Origin: the human T2T-CHM13v2.0 reference genome, Homo sapiens
Assembly: GCF_009914755.1 (NCBI RefSeq)
Contig: NC_060927.1
DNA length: 64,000 nt
Reading direction: 5' to 3' (one strand)
Positions 14,119 through 28,023 of the stretch are shown here, in pieces. Numbering within the stretch: the stretch's first letter is position 1; every line of letters begins with the position of its first letter. A program made the position numbers and the translations under genes. Below the pieces are notes generated by a model. It did not search any database, was not told the origin of the DNA, and worked only from the letters and a program-made list of their open reading frames with translations.

Positions 14119-14850
14119 GCTGGTGCCAGAAGTGGTCCCAGAAGGCCAACCCTAAAGTGGGCATTGTTGTGCTGACGAGAACCTCTCCATGGAGGCAGGG
14201 GGAGCCCTGACAATCCTGACATGTGATGGATGTAACTGCTCATTGTGAACCAGCTTGGGATACCTGTGAATGGGTGCAACATCTCAGGTGTCAGACAGGC
14301 TCAGGGAAGTGTAATTATAAGAACTATGGAATGGGATGGCTGTGGCTGGGAGCTATCAATGCTTTGGAGAAAGACAAGGCAAGACTGAGTAAGATTCAAA
14401 ACAAATTTACGGTGAAATGTGAACATGAGAAGCCCCCTTGGCAGGATATAAGATGATTCTCATCTGCAACCAGAGGCAGAAAAGCACAGGACTTTATCAC
14501 AAGAGTCAAAGATCCTCAGGGGGTTATAGTTTCAATCCCAGCAGGCTGGTCACACCAAGGCCAGGCCAAGACCCTGACAGCAAAGAAGTGGGGCCCTGCA
14601 TTGTAGGATGGGAACATCTGAATCACTGCACTCAAGAACCTTGACCCCCACTAAACTCTCTGAGCCTGCAGAAGTAGCCCCTCATCCCTGCTAAAATCTA
14701 GGATTTCCTCTTTGTCTGAAGATGATGCAGAGGCCTCCTGTGTGCAAATCTTAAGAGTCTCAGAGTCTTTTCCCAGGAATATGACCTCAGAGAGAAGGCT
14801 CAGTTCTCTCACTGGGTCCAGAACGAGTCCATGAGCCCATCTCCACATCA
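14119..14850 (+). mobile_element. ERVL internal remnant (HERV16/ERV3-16A3-like): PBS plus decayed gag
   Basis: PBS tggtgccagaagtgg at 14121, directly after the LTR. Fragments YKNYGMGWLWLGAINALEKDKARL and AGYKMILIC, plus aaagaagtgggccct..ggatggga.catctg (degraded KEWDP..WDGDIW), resemble ERVL Gag. Frameshifted. Confidence 0.78.
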
Positions 14851-15289
14851 CTGAGACCCTAACACCAGCCTCTCCTCTCTTCCCCGCTGCCTGCCAGAGT
14901 CGTTCCCACTACTTGGCCTTTGTCCATGCTTCCCCAGAAATGCTCACCCCTCAGCTCTCCTCTTCCTCCAGGAAGCCTTCCCTAAACCCCCTGGTGAGTT
15001 CATCTGTGCCACCTCCCAAGTCCTAGCAGCCTCTCCATCTGTACTGCACATACACTGCACAGCCTACAGCAGGTCACCTGCTTTGGTCCCTGCGCATCCA
15101 AATGTCCCCTGAATAGGACAGAGCGATTTCGGACAGTCCAGGCCCATGTGCACCCACCAGTGCCAAATCCTGGACCAACCTACAGAAGTTCAAGAAAACC
15201 CTGTCACGGGGGTGGCTGGACTTCCAGGCCCCCAGCCCTGTCCTTCACACCCGGGATCCCTGCACTCAGGCCTCGCCCCTTTCAAGGAG

Positions 15290-15410
15290 GTGTGATTATT
15301 AGGACCTTCTCCATTACAGATAAAGAAACTCTAGAGGGCAACTGGCCCGTCCAGCGTCCTAGAATTGGGAAGGGGCTGCTCAGGATTTGCACCCCATCTG
15401 TCTGAATCTT
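15290..15410 (+). mobile_element. MIR SINE fragment
   Basis: ctccattacagataaagaaact ... caggatttgcacccca.ctgtctga. Confidence 0.5.
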
Positions 15411-16979
15411 CCTGACCACCATCCTCACGACTTCTGGCAAAGGAAGAGAGAGGGGCAGGTGAAGGCTCTGGGAGCTTGGCGAGACGGGAATGGACTCCAT
15501 GGAGGATGTCTTGAGGGCTTCAGACAGGTAGATGTGCAAGGCAAAGCACTGCAGGAAGAGGGAATGGTGAGGGCCACGGCTGGGAGGTAGGCTAATGTGG
15601 AGGGGAGCCCCGGTTTGGAGTGGTAGGTCAGGGAAGGGAGGTGTGATCTGTGTGAAGGTCACGGTGGACACGACCAGGCCCGGGTCCTGCATCTGTTCTG
15701 CCCTGCCCCCGCCTCACGGAGCCCCATCTCCCCCTCCACACCCGGGTTCCGGTGCCTGCTCTGAATGGCCAATGAGGCCATCTGATTGGCTCATCAAGGG
15801 CAAATAATAGCTTTTGCTGAATTCAGCTGCAGCCAATCAGAGGCAATCAAGCACACAAGAGGCCTGATGGGCCACACAGGCGCACCCACAGGCACCAGAG
15901 CTGCCCCTCAGCCAGGCTCCGGAAGCCTCCTCCTCCCTCTTGTGTCTGAGCACTGGGGAGGGGGCTAGGAACCGAGTCCAGGAGGCCTCAGGAAAAGAAG
16001 GGGAAGGGACCGAGCCGGACTCCACAGCATTTGCTTGGCACCCGCTGTGTACGCAGAGTGCCGGAGAAGTTGGGCGTTGATGGGGGAGACTCGGGCAGAG
16101 GACGCGCACCCTCCCTGGCCCACTCACAGGCCCCTGGAGGGGCCCCCACAACAGCCCCCCAGCCACCCCCAACCTGGCCTCCAGCATCTCTCTCTGCCGA
16201 GTCCTTGCCTCTCCCCCGAGGAGAGCGGAGCCTCCAATCAGGGCCTGGGAAAGCAATTTTTCAATCTCCAACTGCAAACACTAATACCGCTGAAGCTAAT
16301 TTTACAGATTTCCACTTCGAGGCCTTGCCTTTGTCCCAGAATCCCTCAGCCCGGGAGATTAGCAGTTTAGAGACTGGAAAAAATAAGGTATTTTAAAATT
16401 CAGCATAAAACTCTCTCTTATACTCGGTGAGCTAAAAAAAAATTTTTTTTTTGATTGGAAAAGAGCCTGTTAGTGAAGGAGGAGCCAAGTCCAGTCCCTG
16501 CTCCACAGGGTGGCTGGAGGAGGGGCACTGCCTGGGCCAGCCTCTGCAGCATGGCTCAAACCCACAGCCTATGGAGAGGCAGAGAAGGGGAAGGGTCAGC
16601 TCTCATCCTGCCCTGCGTGCTGGGAACACTGCCTGCTGCACTGGTAGGCCCTCTGCTTCAGGATCTGGATGGCGCCCCCCTTGAAGCCACCCAGCATTTC
16701 CAGGCGTCCAATCCCAAAAGTCTTCCCAGCTGAAAAGAAAGGCTTCGGCCCTAGGGATAGAACAGGTCACAAGCCTGCTGCTCACCGCCACTGCCAGTGA
16801 GGCTGATTCCACTCCAAAACAGGCCCTCTCTGGGCCTTGGTTTCCCCATCACACCAAAGGTCCAAAGTCCCTGGCCACATGCCCTCCTGGTATACATGCA
16901 GCTGAGCACTGTACGCCCCCTGCACACACACACCCCAAGCCACACATACTCGGACCCTCGCCCATGCGGACAAGCACCG

Positions 16980-17580
16980 GAGGCATTTGGTGGCGCTCAC
17001 TCATTGAGCACCTCTCTATTGCAGCTCTCACAGATGAGCGGCATAATCACTCCGCTCTCTGGGGGCCACGAGCTCAGAAACATCCTAATGAAAAATAAAT
17101 GTATTTACAGGGAGACGTCAAAGCCGCCAGGACCAGTCAAAGTAATATGCCTGCGACCGGCACATGGACTTTTATTTCTTCTCCCTCCACGCTCCAGAGC
17201 TGCTCCTGCGGCGTGGAGAGATAAATATTTTAAATAGCGACACTTTGGCGATGCACGGTTATGCAAGACAAGGAATAATTAGAAAATAAATTACTTTTTT
17301 TAAACACAGCGTTACAAACATCGGGTGCATCAGATTACTGTTCTCTGCAGGCCAGGGCCACACGGCTCAGGGAGGCCAGCGCAACAAGGACCTCAGGGAG
17401 CAAGCACACACCAGCCTGTCCCCACAGCCCCCAGATGGTGACACCCCTCCCGCCTGCTCTGGGAGGCTCCCAGAATCGAGCTGAAGACCACACTTGGCAG
17501 CTTCCAGAAGATCTCAGCGATGGAAAGGCTTCCTCCGGCGTCTCACCAGCAGTAGCGCAGACTAAAAATAGTTTAATCTC
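16980..17580. promoter_or_regulatory. Candidate conserved intronic enhancer with MEF2 site
   Basis: AT-rich, CpG-retaining island; CTAAAAATAG at 17562-17571. Confidence 0.5.
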
Positions 17581-17789
17581 CTTGAAAGCAAAAGGAGCAA
17601 TCAGCAAAACAGACACTTGGGCCCACATGCTCCCCCCATTCCTCTCCTCGTTCTGCCCCCATCCATCCAAGCTGTCCCCAGCTATGCATTGTCAACTTCT
17701 ACCCATCCCAGGATAGTGCCCCACAGCCTCTGAGGAGGGCAGCTATTGCCCATCGTCCAGGACTCCTCATGTCTGCAGCCCTACATATA

Positions 17790-17925
17790 CACAGCATGTG
17801 TCCTTTAAACCTTGTGACACCCCAGAAGGGAGGCAAGACAGGAAATGTTAGCCCTGCTTTACAGATGAAGAAACTGAGGCATAGAGAAGTGGAGTCATTT
17901 GCCTGAGGCTAGCAATGGTAGACAA
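17790..17925 (+). mobile_element. MIR SINE fragment
   Basis: tttacagatgaagaaactgaggcatagagaagtggagtcatttgcctgagg. Confidence 0.8.
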
Positions 17926-18660
17926 GGGCTGTGTGCAAATGGAGGGGCTCAGCCTCTGCAGAAAGGAGGTAGGTAGCTTTTAATTAGCACCTAGCCTGAG
18001 TTCTGGTTGGCTCCCAAGACACAAAAGCTGCCCAGGGCAAGAAGAGGCAAGGGCTGGTAGAGTGGGGGAGGGGAGAGGCTCACACATTTCAAGGATGGAG
18101 TCAGCTCCATTCACAGCTGAGTGGGTCTATCACACAGATGTGTCTTGCCCACCGCAGCCAGACCAACATTGTGACTTCACAATTTTCACTCACTGGCCTG
18201 GGATAGGGTCTGGATCCTGTGTTCTGGCTCAAGCTTGCTAGGTGGCTGAGAGTCTGTCCCAACCTTCTCTGGGCCTCAATTTTCCGAGAGATTGGCCGAG
18301 GCAGTCAGAACGACCGTTGTCTCCAGGGATCCCTGCTTAGGACCCACCAGGAACCCTGCTGCCCTCCCAGGCCTGCCCCTCACACACTCTGCCCTTTCTC
18401 ACTCAGTCCTACTTCTCAGCATCTGTCTACCTGCCCTCCTTTAGTGCCTAACTGCCTGAACTAGGAACACGGATAGTGTCCTGTTCCACCGCCTGGTTTT
18501 ACAAGAGAAAATTCAGACAGGGAGGGGAAGGTCATGCATATGAGGCTACCCCTGGAAAGGTCAGAGGAGGCAGAGCAGATCAGGACCCAGATTCTGATCC
18601 CAGTTTCACACCCTTCATAACACTCCTTGTGGCTCCCCCAAGGACAGTACTGTCTGTTCA

Positions 18661-19035
<375 letters not shown>

Positions 19036-20129
19036 CTAGGCTCTGGCAGGTAGTCCAGCTCACACAGTCTCTCGAAATGCCATCAGGGAAGTTGGAACTG
19101 AGGCTTCCTTTCCTGCTAAATATCGTTCCTTGTAACCAGCAGCTACCTGCAAAATATCACTCCATAATCTGGGCTCTGAGTTTTTCAAAAACTGTCTAGA
19201 AGGTGCTACACCCTGCTCACCCTCTCTCAGGGGCCAATGTCTCCCCGCAGCTCCTGGAAACCTCTGCCTTGGCTCCGCAGTCCATCCCTGGCCCCAGGTG
19301 CTCTGGTCCAGCTGTGTCTCCAGGTCCAGTCCTTGCCTCTTGCTCCAGCCTTTAGCCCCAGGTCCAGCTCTTGCCCCAACAACCCCACGTACCTCTGCCA
19401 CTGCCTCAACACACCTGAGGCTTGGTTTCATCACTTGCAGCAATGATGCTGAGCGCAGAGACTTCCCTCCACCTTTTATATATGAAGAAACAAGACCCAG
19501 GTCACCTGATTTCTGAGGCTCTTCTTTTTGTTTGATTCTTCTCACAGTCCACCCTCCTACTCCCTCAGCTTCAGAAGAAGCTCAATCTCAATAGGTGATG
19601 ATGGGGACTGAGGAGGGCAGCCCAAGTGGACAGACTAATGAGGGTAAGGGTATGGCCTTGGGGAGGCTCAGAGACCTGCCCTGACTCACTCAGAACCAGC
19701 TAAGTCTTTGGGAGCTGCCCCAAAGGGATGAGCCTCAGCCACCTGCCAGGTTCAGGGTAATGCCCTCCCCCAGCCATGGGTGCCCCAGGTAACCCTACCT
19801 GCTAGATTATGAGCACAGGGAAGGTGCTGGGTCAGGGAGCCATCCAGGGAATAGCTGGCCCGCTGTCAGCCAAGGCAGAACTTGCTTTATCAGCAAAGCC
19901 CTTCCCCGCTGCTGGCTGCGTAAGCCAGGCCTGCCAGGGCTTCCCACTGCGCAGATGGGGAACTGAGACTTGGGACGAGGGGCACCTGGCCACGGGGAGA
20001 GAACCAGGCTGCTCAAGTGTCCCTGTGAGGCTAGCTGAGCTGCCTCTCTGCACCTTCCCCGAGTCCCAGAGACTCCCTGCTGCTAACTCCAAGCCAAGCC
20101 CTGTGCCCAACACACCCCCATGTACAGGG

Positions 20130-20358
20130 CAGCAGTTCTCAAACTGTGTTCCCTGGAGTCCTAGGCAGTAGACAGGGAGTCTCTGGGCTCATGTGGAGGG
20201 TCAGGTGTAGTGAGAGGGTGGTAAGAGACCAGCCCGGGCTTGCCTACCCACTTAGCCAAAGAACCCCCTGTTCATCAATTCACTGTCCAGGGCCCAGCGT
20301 AGATTTCACTTAACCAAACAGTAAGGACTCAGCTGCTACAAGAGAAGTGAAAGCAATG
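20130..20358. mobile_element. hAT-Charlie type MER DNA transposon remnant
   Basis: Terminal cagcagttctcaaactgtgttccctggag and a degenerate inverted end agtgaaagcaatg. Confidence 0.5.
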
Positions 20359-20379
20359 GTGCCTGGCGAACTTTCTTTC

Positions 20380-20630
20380 CCCAAACTCCCTGGCACGACA
20401 GTTAAGGACTATTCAAAATGGCAAAACCCACAGGAACAAAGGAAATGTGCAGGAGGCACTAGGAACAACATTTTGGAAGCTGGAGCAGACAGACTATGGT
20501 GATTGACTTACCAGGCCCTGGCAGGCCCACTGCTAGCAGCAATGGGTTAATGCTGGGGAACCCCAAAGGCTAGGTCCTGAAACCCCAGCTAGAAGACCGG
20601 GAGAACCTTCTCTGGGGAACCTGCTCAGTC
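20380..20630 (+). mobile_element. Possible ancient L1/HAL1 5' region fragment
   Basis: aaaacccacaggaacaaagg ... caacattttggaagctgga.cagacaga ... ggtgattgactta resembles recalled old L1/HAL1 5' sequence. Confidence 0.35.
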
Positions 20631-21889
20631 AGGCCTGTGCCATCCCTTCCCCGGGTTTCTGGCCCAGCCCACCGACCTCCATCAACTCTCTAGGCTCTGG
20701 AGCTGAGCTGGGGCATGTGTTAGTGTATGTGGGGCTCTGTGTGCAGGGGACAGGGCCAGAGCTCACCTGTGAGGTGGCCCCACATCCAGAAATCTTTCTT
20801 CATCCCATTCCCTCTTTACCCTTTCCTGGGAAAAGAAAAACATGGAGGGGGAACTATGACAGACATCATATTTTGCAAAGTGAGCTAATTACAGGGCAGT
20901 CACACAGGGAGATGAGATTAGCAGAAGAATATTTGATAAAAGGGAACCCAGGTATACACATGGGTGGCAGGGAAAGGTCAGGGTCACCCTGAGGAGATTG
21001 TGGGGCCTAGTGCTTCTGCCTGGGCCACGGGGAGTGGAGGCAGTTGCCCCCCTCACTCAGTCACAAGGCTGGGGTGTCACTGCTGTCCATAGATGAAGCA
21101 CAGATGGGTCCATTTTCTCTCTTTAAATGCTCACTACTAATCTGCTGGGCCTGGGGACAGGGTCTTCCCAACTCTCTCACCTGACTCGTGGTGGGGATGC
21201 ATCAGCCCAGGGCACTCCTCCCACCCCATGGTGCCCTGCTCCCCAACTCTTCAGCCCTTGGCACTACAGGGTGTCACACAGGAAGATGATCTGGGACTCC
21301 GAAGCCCATCAGTCTAAAAACTGTCCCCCAGCAGGGCCCTGGGGCCTCCAGCACCTGGAGCCAAGGGACCTAGGTGCGAACTCAGAAAAGCTTCGAGCCC
21401 CTCAGAACTCCAGCCAGGAATGTGAACCTGATGGTACACTTGTACCAGGACCCCGGGATGTGAGTGAGTCCAGGGGAGAAGCCCATGCCCTCTGACCCCA
21501 GGTGACTGGGAACTGCTCACTGCTGCACCCCACCAGCTCACTGGCTGCCTCCTGGGGAGGGGTCAGCAGACATCTGAGGAAGGAATATGAGAGGCAGGCA
21601 GTGCTTCCCAACCATCCCATTGATTCCTGGGGGTTCTGCCTTCTCACCCTGCAGCCTGCTCCCACCAGAGATCCCCTGGCCCACAGGCACTGCTTCCACC
21701 CTCCATCCTCTTCAGCACCAGGAACTGTCCCAGACTATCCCATCCTGTCTGCCTCGCCTGATCCGGAGTCAACCCCCGACACCCCTGCAGGTTCCAACTG
21801 TGGCTACAACATGGAGTTTTTAAATACTAAATAAATAAATAAATACATAAATACATGAAATGTGAATTAAGCCTGTTTTTTAAAATTAA

Positions 21890-22215
21890 AGAAAAAAAGG
21901 AGACTAGGGAGACATGACAACTAAATGCAAAGTGGTTCCTTGGATTTGATCCTGGAACCAAAAAAGGACATTAGTGCAAAAACTGGTAAAATCCAAATAA
22001 GGTCTTCACTTTGGTTTACAATACTGTGCCAATGTTGATGTCTTAGTTTTGATATTTATACCACGGTTATGCAAGACGATAACTTAAAGGAAACTGGACA
22101 AAGGGTTAGGGAATTTATGTACTATTTTTGCATCTTCTCTGTAAATCTAAAATTATTCTTTTTTTGTTTTTTTGTTTTACCTGTAAATCCAAAATTATTT
22201 CAAAATAAAAAGTTT
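21890..22215 (+). mobile_element. L1M (L1ME/L1MD-type) 3' end
   Basis: gagacatgacaactaaatgcaa ... gatcctggaac.aaaaaaggacattagtg ... tgtactatttttgca ... aaaattatttcaaaataaaaagtt, a typical old L1 3' UTR. Confidence 0.88.
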
Positions 22216-22310
22216 TTTTTTTAATCTATAAAGCTATACTGTCCTCAGACAACTAACAGACATTGTGGCAAGAATGAAACAAGAACAAGATATTATTCTT
22301 AAAAAGGTCC

Positions 22311-22744
<434 letters not shown>

Positions 22745-23193
22745 TTAAGGTTTCTAGAAAGAACAGAGAAATGAGAAGGGAGGAAACAGTCAAAGAAACC
22801 ATTCAAGAAAACATCCCACAACTGAGGGACACAAGTAGTTTGAAAGTGTGCACTGAGTGGTAAGAAATGAAAAGCCGCACAAAGATAGGTCAGTGTGGAA
22901 TTTCTGAACACTGGGCAAAGGGAGAAAATTTACAAGTTTCTGATAAAAACCAGGTCATGTACAATGGATCGGGAATCTGAATGACTGGGGACCTCTCCAT
23001 AGCAACTCAAGAAGCTGGAAGGAATGGAGTGCTGCCTTAGAAAATCTAAGGCAAATGGTTTCCACCCTGGACTTCCAACCCACCTGAAATCTCTGTTGAG
23101 CGTTGGGGAGAAGGAAGGCTTTCTGAGACATGACAGTCTCCAAAGTCTGGCTCCCCTGTACCTGTCCTCAGGAAGCCAACTGAAAATGTTCTC

Positions 23194-23564
<371 letters not shown>

Positions 23565-23833
23565 CTAAGGAAGAGGCCATGGGATCCATGAAAGAGGGGA
23601 CTCCAACCCCAAGAGGGGGAAAGGAAATCCCAGGGACACATTGGTGCCGCAGGCTGGGAGAGCAGCCAGTCTTCCCTGGAGCAAGGTGGAAGGCTCTGGG
23701 CAGGACTTTCTTGGAAGGTAAATTTAATTTAACAGAAGCCCAGGTGTATGAGAGCCAGGTCAGATAAAGTGGCGGGGAGTTGGGGGCAGAGTGAGTAAAG
23801 GTTCACAGAAGACTAAACAAATAAACTAACAAC

Positions 23834-24174
<341 letters not shown>

Positions 24175-24931
24175 AAACTAACAAAACTGAGACAGTTTTT
24201 ACTGGTAGGAAACAACTAAAAAATTGTATCCAAAAGTCTTCCGCAAGGCGCAGTTCTGAATTGCATTTGCTGGGTCAGGGCAATGTCAACAGTGAGCCTC
24301 ACCATATCATGTTATGCACAAAAGGGCGAGGGATGGGCTGGGGGAGGGGTGCAAAGCCCTCCTCTCCCGCAGCAGGATGCCCACGGATAATGCCTAAAAC
24401 TGAACAATCAAGAAGTAGCGACATAAGTATGTCATTTAGAGATATGGAGCTCAGAGATTAGAAAGTGACAGCCTCTGGGGAGCTGGAAATGGAGAGGAGG
24501 GGGCTGCTGTGCTCCTAACACAACTCGCCTGATAAAACCATGACTTTACACCAGGCGCCTGTGTAACACTGATTTGAAAACCCTAAATTTAAAAATCCAT
24601 CTAGAAATATAAGAAAAAGAAAAAAAAAAGAGAGAGGGAGGCTGGGAGGGGAAGGATAGAAGGATAGAGAGAGAAGAATGTAGGCAGAGGAGTCAGGGAC
24701 AGGGGACTGACTGCTTTGACTCCAGCCTCTGGCCTCAGGACAGTGGCCGTCAAAGGGCAGCAGGCGACATCACTACTTCTGTTTACTCTTATTGCAATGA
24801 AGACAGTTTGAGATTTCAATTCCCTGATCAACTGGGTACACAGACCAGGCTCCTTAGACTGAAACACTGAATTGGTATTGGTGATCCCTGGTCAGGGGTC
24901 CCACCCCAACACTCCCAAAAGTTGGCAATAA

Positions 24932-25297
<366 letters not shown>

Positions 25298-27249
25298 TAA
25301 AGCTGTGCCATTTCACCCTGACCAACAGACAGCCCTGCCTGGGAAGGGACAGGAGTTAGAGGAGGGCTGTCTGAGAAATGGGGCTGAGTGGGCTGCAAAT
25401 GTCTTTGCCACCTCTCACACCCTCCCTGGAATCCCCAACTCTTTGTGTAACTTTCAGGAAATGCACAAACCAGCAAGCCCTCAACCCAGTGGCCTCCTTG
25501 TATGGGACAGACATCCTGTCCCAGGGGGAGAACGAAGGCTGGGCGTGAGAGAGCCCCTGAGTCCCAGGGAGGGAGGACCCTCATGTGAGCCTGCACTGCA
25601 GACCTCATGCCAAGGGCAAGCTCAGCTGAGAGGAGTCCAACACAGTTTGGATGAAGCCCAGCGCACCTGGCTCCTCAGAAGGGGAGATGCTGAATCCAGA
25701 CGCCCTGGGTGGGCTCGGTTGCCTCTGCAGATCATGCAGAGGGAGCATGGGAGCTCCTCAAAAGGCAGGACAGCAGGCCAGGTGAGTACCCTGGGAGAAC
25801 TCCCTCCATCACCCAGGCCTTGACCAGGCCCAGGCCATGGCTCATTGAGACTGAAGCCCCCCCAGCGACCCAAGAACCTGCTGGCACCCCAGGATGTGGG
25901 ATCACCCCAAATATTCACCTTTCTACATCCCACGTTTACTGGGTACTCACTTCAGAAGTGGCCCAAGATTATTTGGGCACTCCAGGATCTGTGGAGGAGG
26001 CAGGTCAACTAGCTTGGGACTAGACATGACCTTCTCTAGTTTGCCTAGGGCATCTAAGGCTGTGAGTTGAGTGTGCACATTCCTGGAGGGCTCCAGTGCC
26101 CAGCTGCTGCTGAAAATCATGCAGGTGGGAGAATCAGACCTTTCTGGGCAACAGAGGGGCATGTGTCCTACCCCAGGAGCTGGTCTGAGTGGGTAGCAAA
26201 GCCTCAATCTGGTGGCCCTGTTCAATGAGGGAACCTATCCAGCCTCCTGGGAAACCCTGTCTGCTGTGGGGGTGAAGCCACAGCCCACATAAAAGCTGTG
26301 GTCTGAGGGGGAGACACAGTATGCCAGCCTCAGGGGTCCTAGTCTAAGAGGAGAAGCGGCCAGACCCTTCTTGATGCAGAGGATGAGTTTTCAGGGCCTA
26401 GTCTGCTTTGCCCCTAGAAGGCTCCAGACCTGCTCCTTCGTTTCCCCTGAGTGGCTCCTCTACCACTTAGCAACGGAGACAATTTACATAATGCATCCAG
26501 TGTGAGAGCAATAATGGCTGGGGAAGCAGGGTGCCCGTTAGTGGCTCCTCGAAGGGAAAATACCTGCTCCCACACCACTGCCTCCTCCTCTAGCGAACTG
26601 GGCTGCAAGGCTGCTGGAAAGCAGGTGCCTTTAAGTGCTTGGCTGCTGCCAAGAAGGGCCCAGAAAGGATGTGCCAGCCCTGGGACTGGGGCTGGAGCAA
26701 CCTCAGGACAGAGATGCACATGGGAGGAAATTTCCAAAGCACCTGTTCTGAACATAAATCTACCCAGCTGTACTCCTGGAGTCCATACTCCTGCTGGGCC
26801 TAGGCCCTCCATCCTGATCCTTCCCGGAGGAGGAGGCCACTCCAGCAGGCGGCATGCTGTAGTCGGGAGGCTGGGTGCCAGGCTGCAGCTGCCCGGGAGG
26901 TGGCCACATTTGAACACAAAGGCAGCGATGGAAGGGGTAGATAGAATACGTACAAATTACTGGCATAGTAATTGCTTTTTATATAAATGTTCTTTTTAAA
27001 AGTTTTCCCTGGTGTGAAAGTCCGTCTTTAGAAGGAATAAATTCACTGCACACCAATTTATTCCACACTGGTAGATGGAGCATAATGAAGGCTCCTCCGT
27101 CAGCACCTGATCAAGAGGCAAGTGGCTGCCACTTGACCCAGCTTCCGGGTCTCCCTGCACGATGATGCAGTGCAGTGGCAGGGCCAGGGGTCTTTGAGGG
27201 GCAGCAGGTCTGCCTGCCAGGAGTCAGCATCAAACCCAGACTCTAAGAC

Positions 27250-27470
27250 TCAGGTACAAGTTCAACAGATCCCATCAGTGTCCCAGGAGCTGTGCCCAAA
27301 TGACGAACATGAAACACGGGCAGCTGCAATCACAGTGATTCATGCTGATGGGGAGGCGCACAGGGCTATGGGAGCTGGGGAGCATGGGGGACCCTCACTT
27401 TCTAGGATCGGGTGAAGGGAGGTGTTAAGAAGGCTTCTAGGGGATGAGGTCTCCCTGGCCTGCCTGCGAG
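27250..27470 (-). mobile_element. L2 fragment
   Basis: ttcaacagat..atcagtg ... cacagggctatgggagc ... aagaaggcttctaggggatgagg, an antisense L2 3' pattern. Confidence 0.45.
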
Positions 27471-27986
27471 GCATGCAGAGGAAACTGGATTGTGACAAGC
27501 ATCTAGGGGTTGTAAGTGGGAGTGGTTTGTCTTGTACTGTAGAAAGCTCCCTGGTGGACACTAGCTCTTCTCTAAGCCCAAAGGAACCAAGACAGGTCCC
27601 CCTGCCTTTGGAAGGTAACTCTTCAGTGGATCCAAGTGCACTGGAGAATCACCTGACCATGCCTGCAAACTCTGGAGGATGCCCCCACTCCCCAGGAGGC
27701 CCGGGACCTGGAAATGAGGCTCTGGCTCCTTGCTCCTTACCAGCCACAGCTCTCTCATCTGTGAAATGGGGACAAGGTCCTAGGTGGCCTCACCACCAGC
27801 CTCTGTGAGCACTGGATTAGGGATGAGAACTGCCTTGCACAAGGCCTATGATCTCCACAGTAGGGATCTTTGGTCCAGCCCCACCCCAGGATGCACCCCC
27901 AACCACCTGGCAGCCTGCCCCCATGCAGGGCTGCTGAGCAGTGTCAGACAGAGTGACTGGGGGGATGCTCACCATGCATGGGGGAA

Positions 27987-28023
27987 GTGTGTGTGTGCGC
28001 ATGTGTGTGTGTGTGTGTGTGTG
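27987..28023. repeat. Imperfect (TG)n microsatellite
   Basis: gtgtgtgtgtgcgcatgtgtgtgtgtgtgtgtgtgtg. Confidence 0.95.

Noticed and set aside
20761-20780. Recursive splice site (CAG|GTGAG on minus)
   Set aside because: No adequate polypyrimidine tract; similar AG|GT hits elsewhere were also weak
21711-21731. REST/RE1-like TTCAGCACCAGGAACTGTCCC
   Set aside because: Left half is perfect, but there are two mismatches in the GGACAG core; too weak without ChIP data
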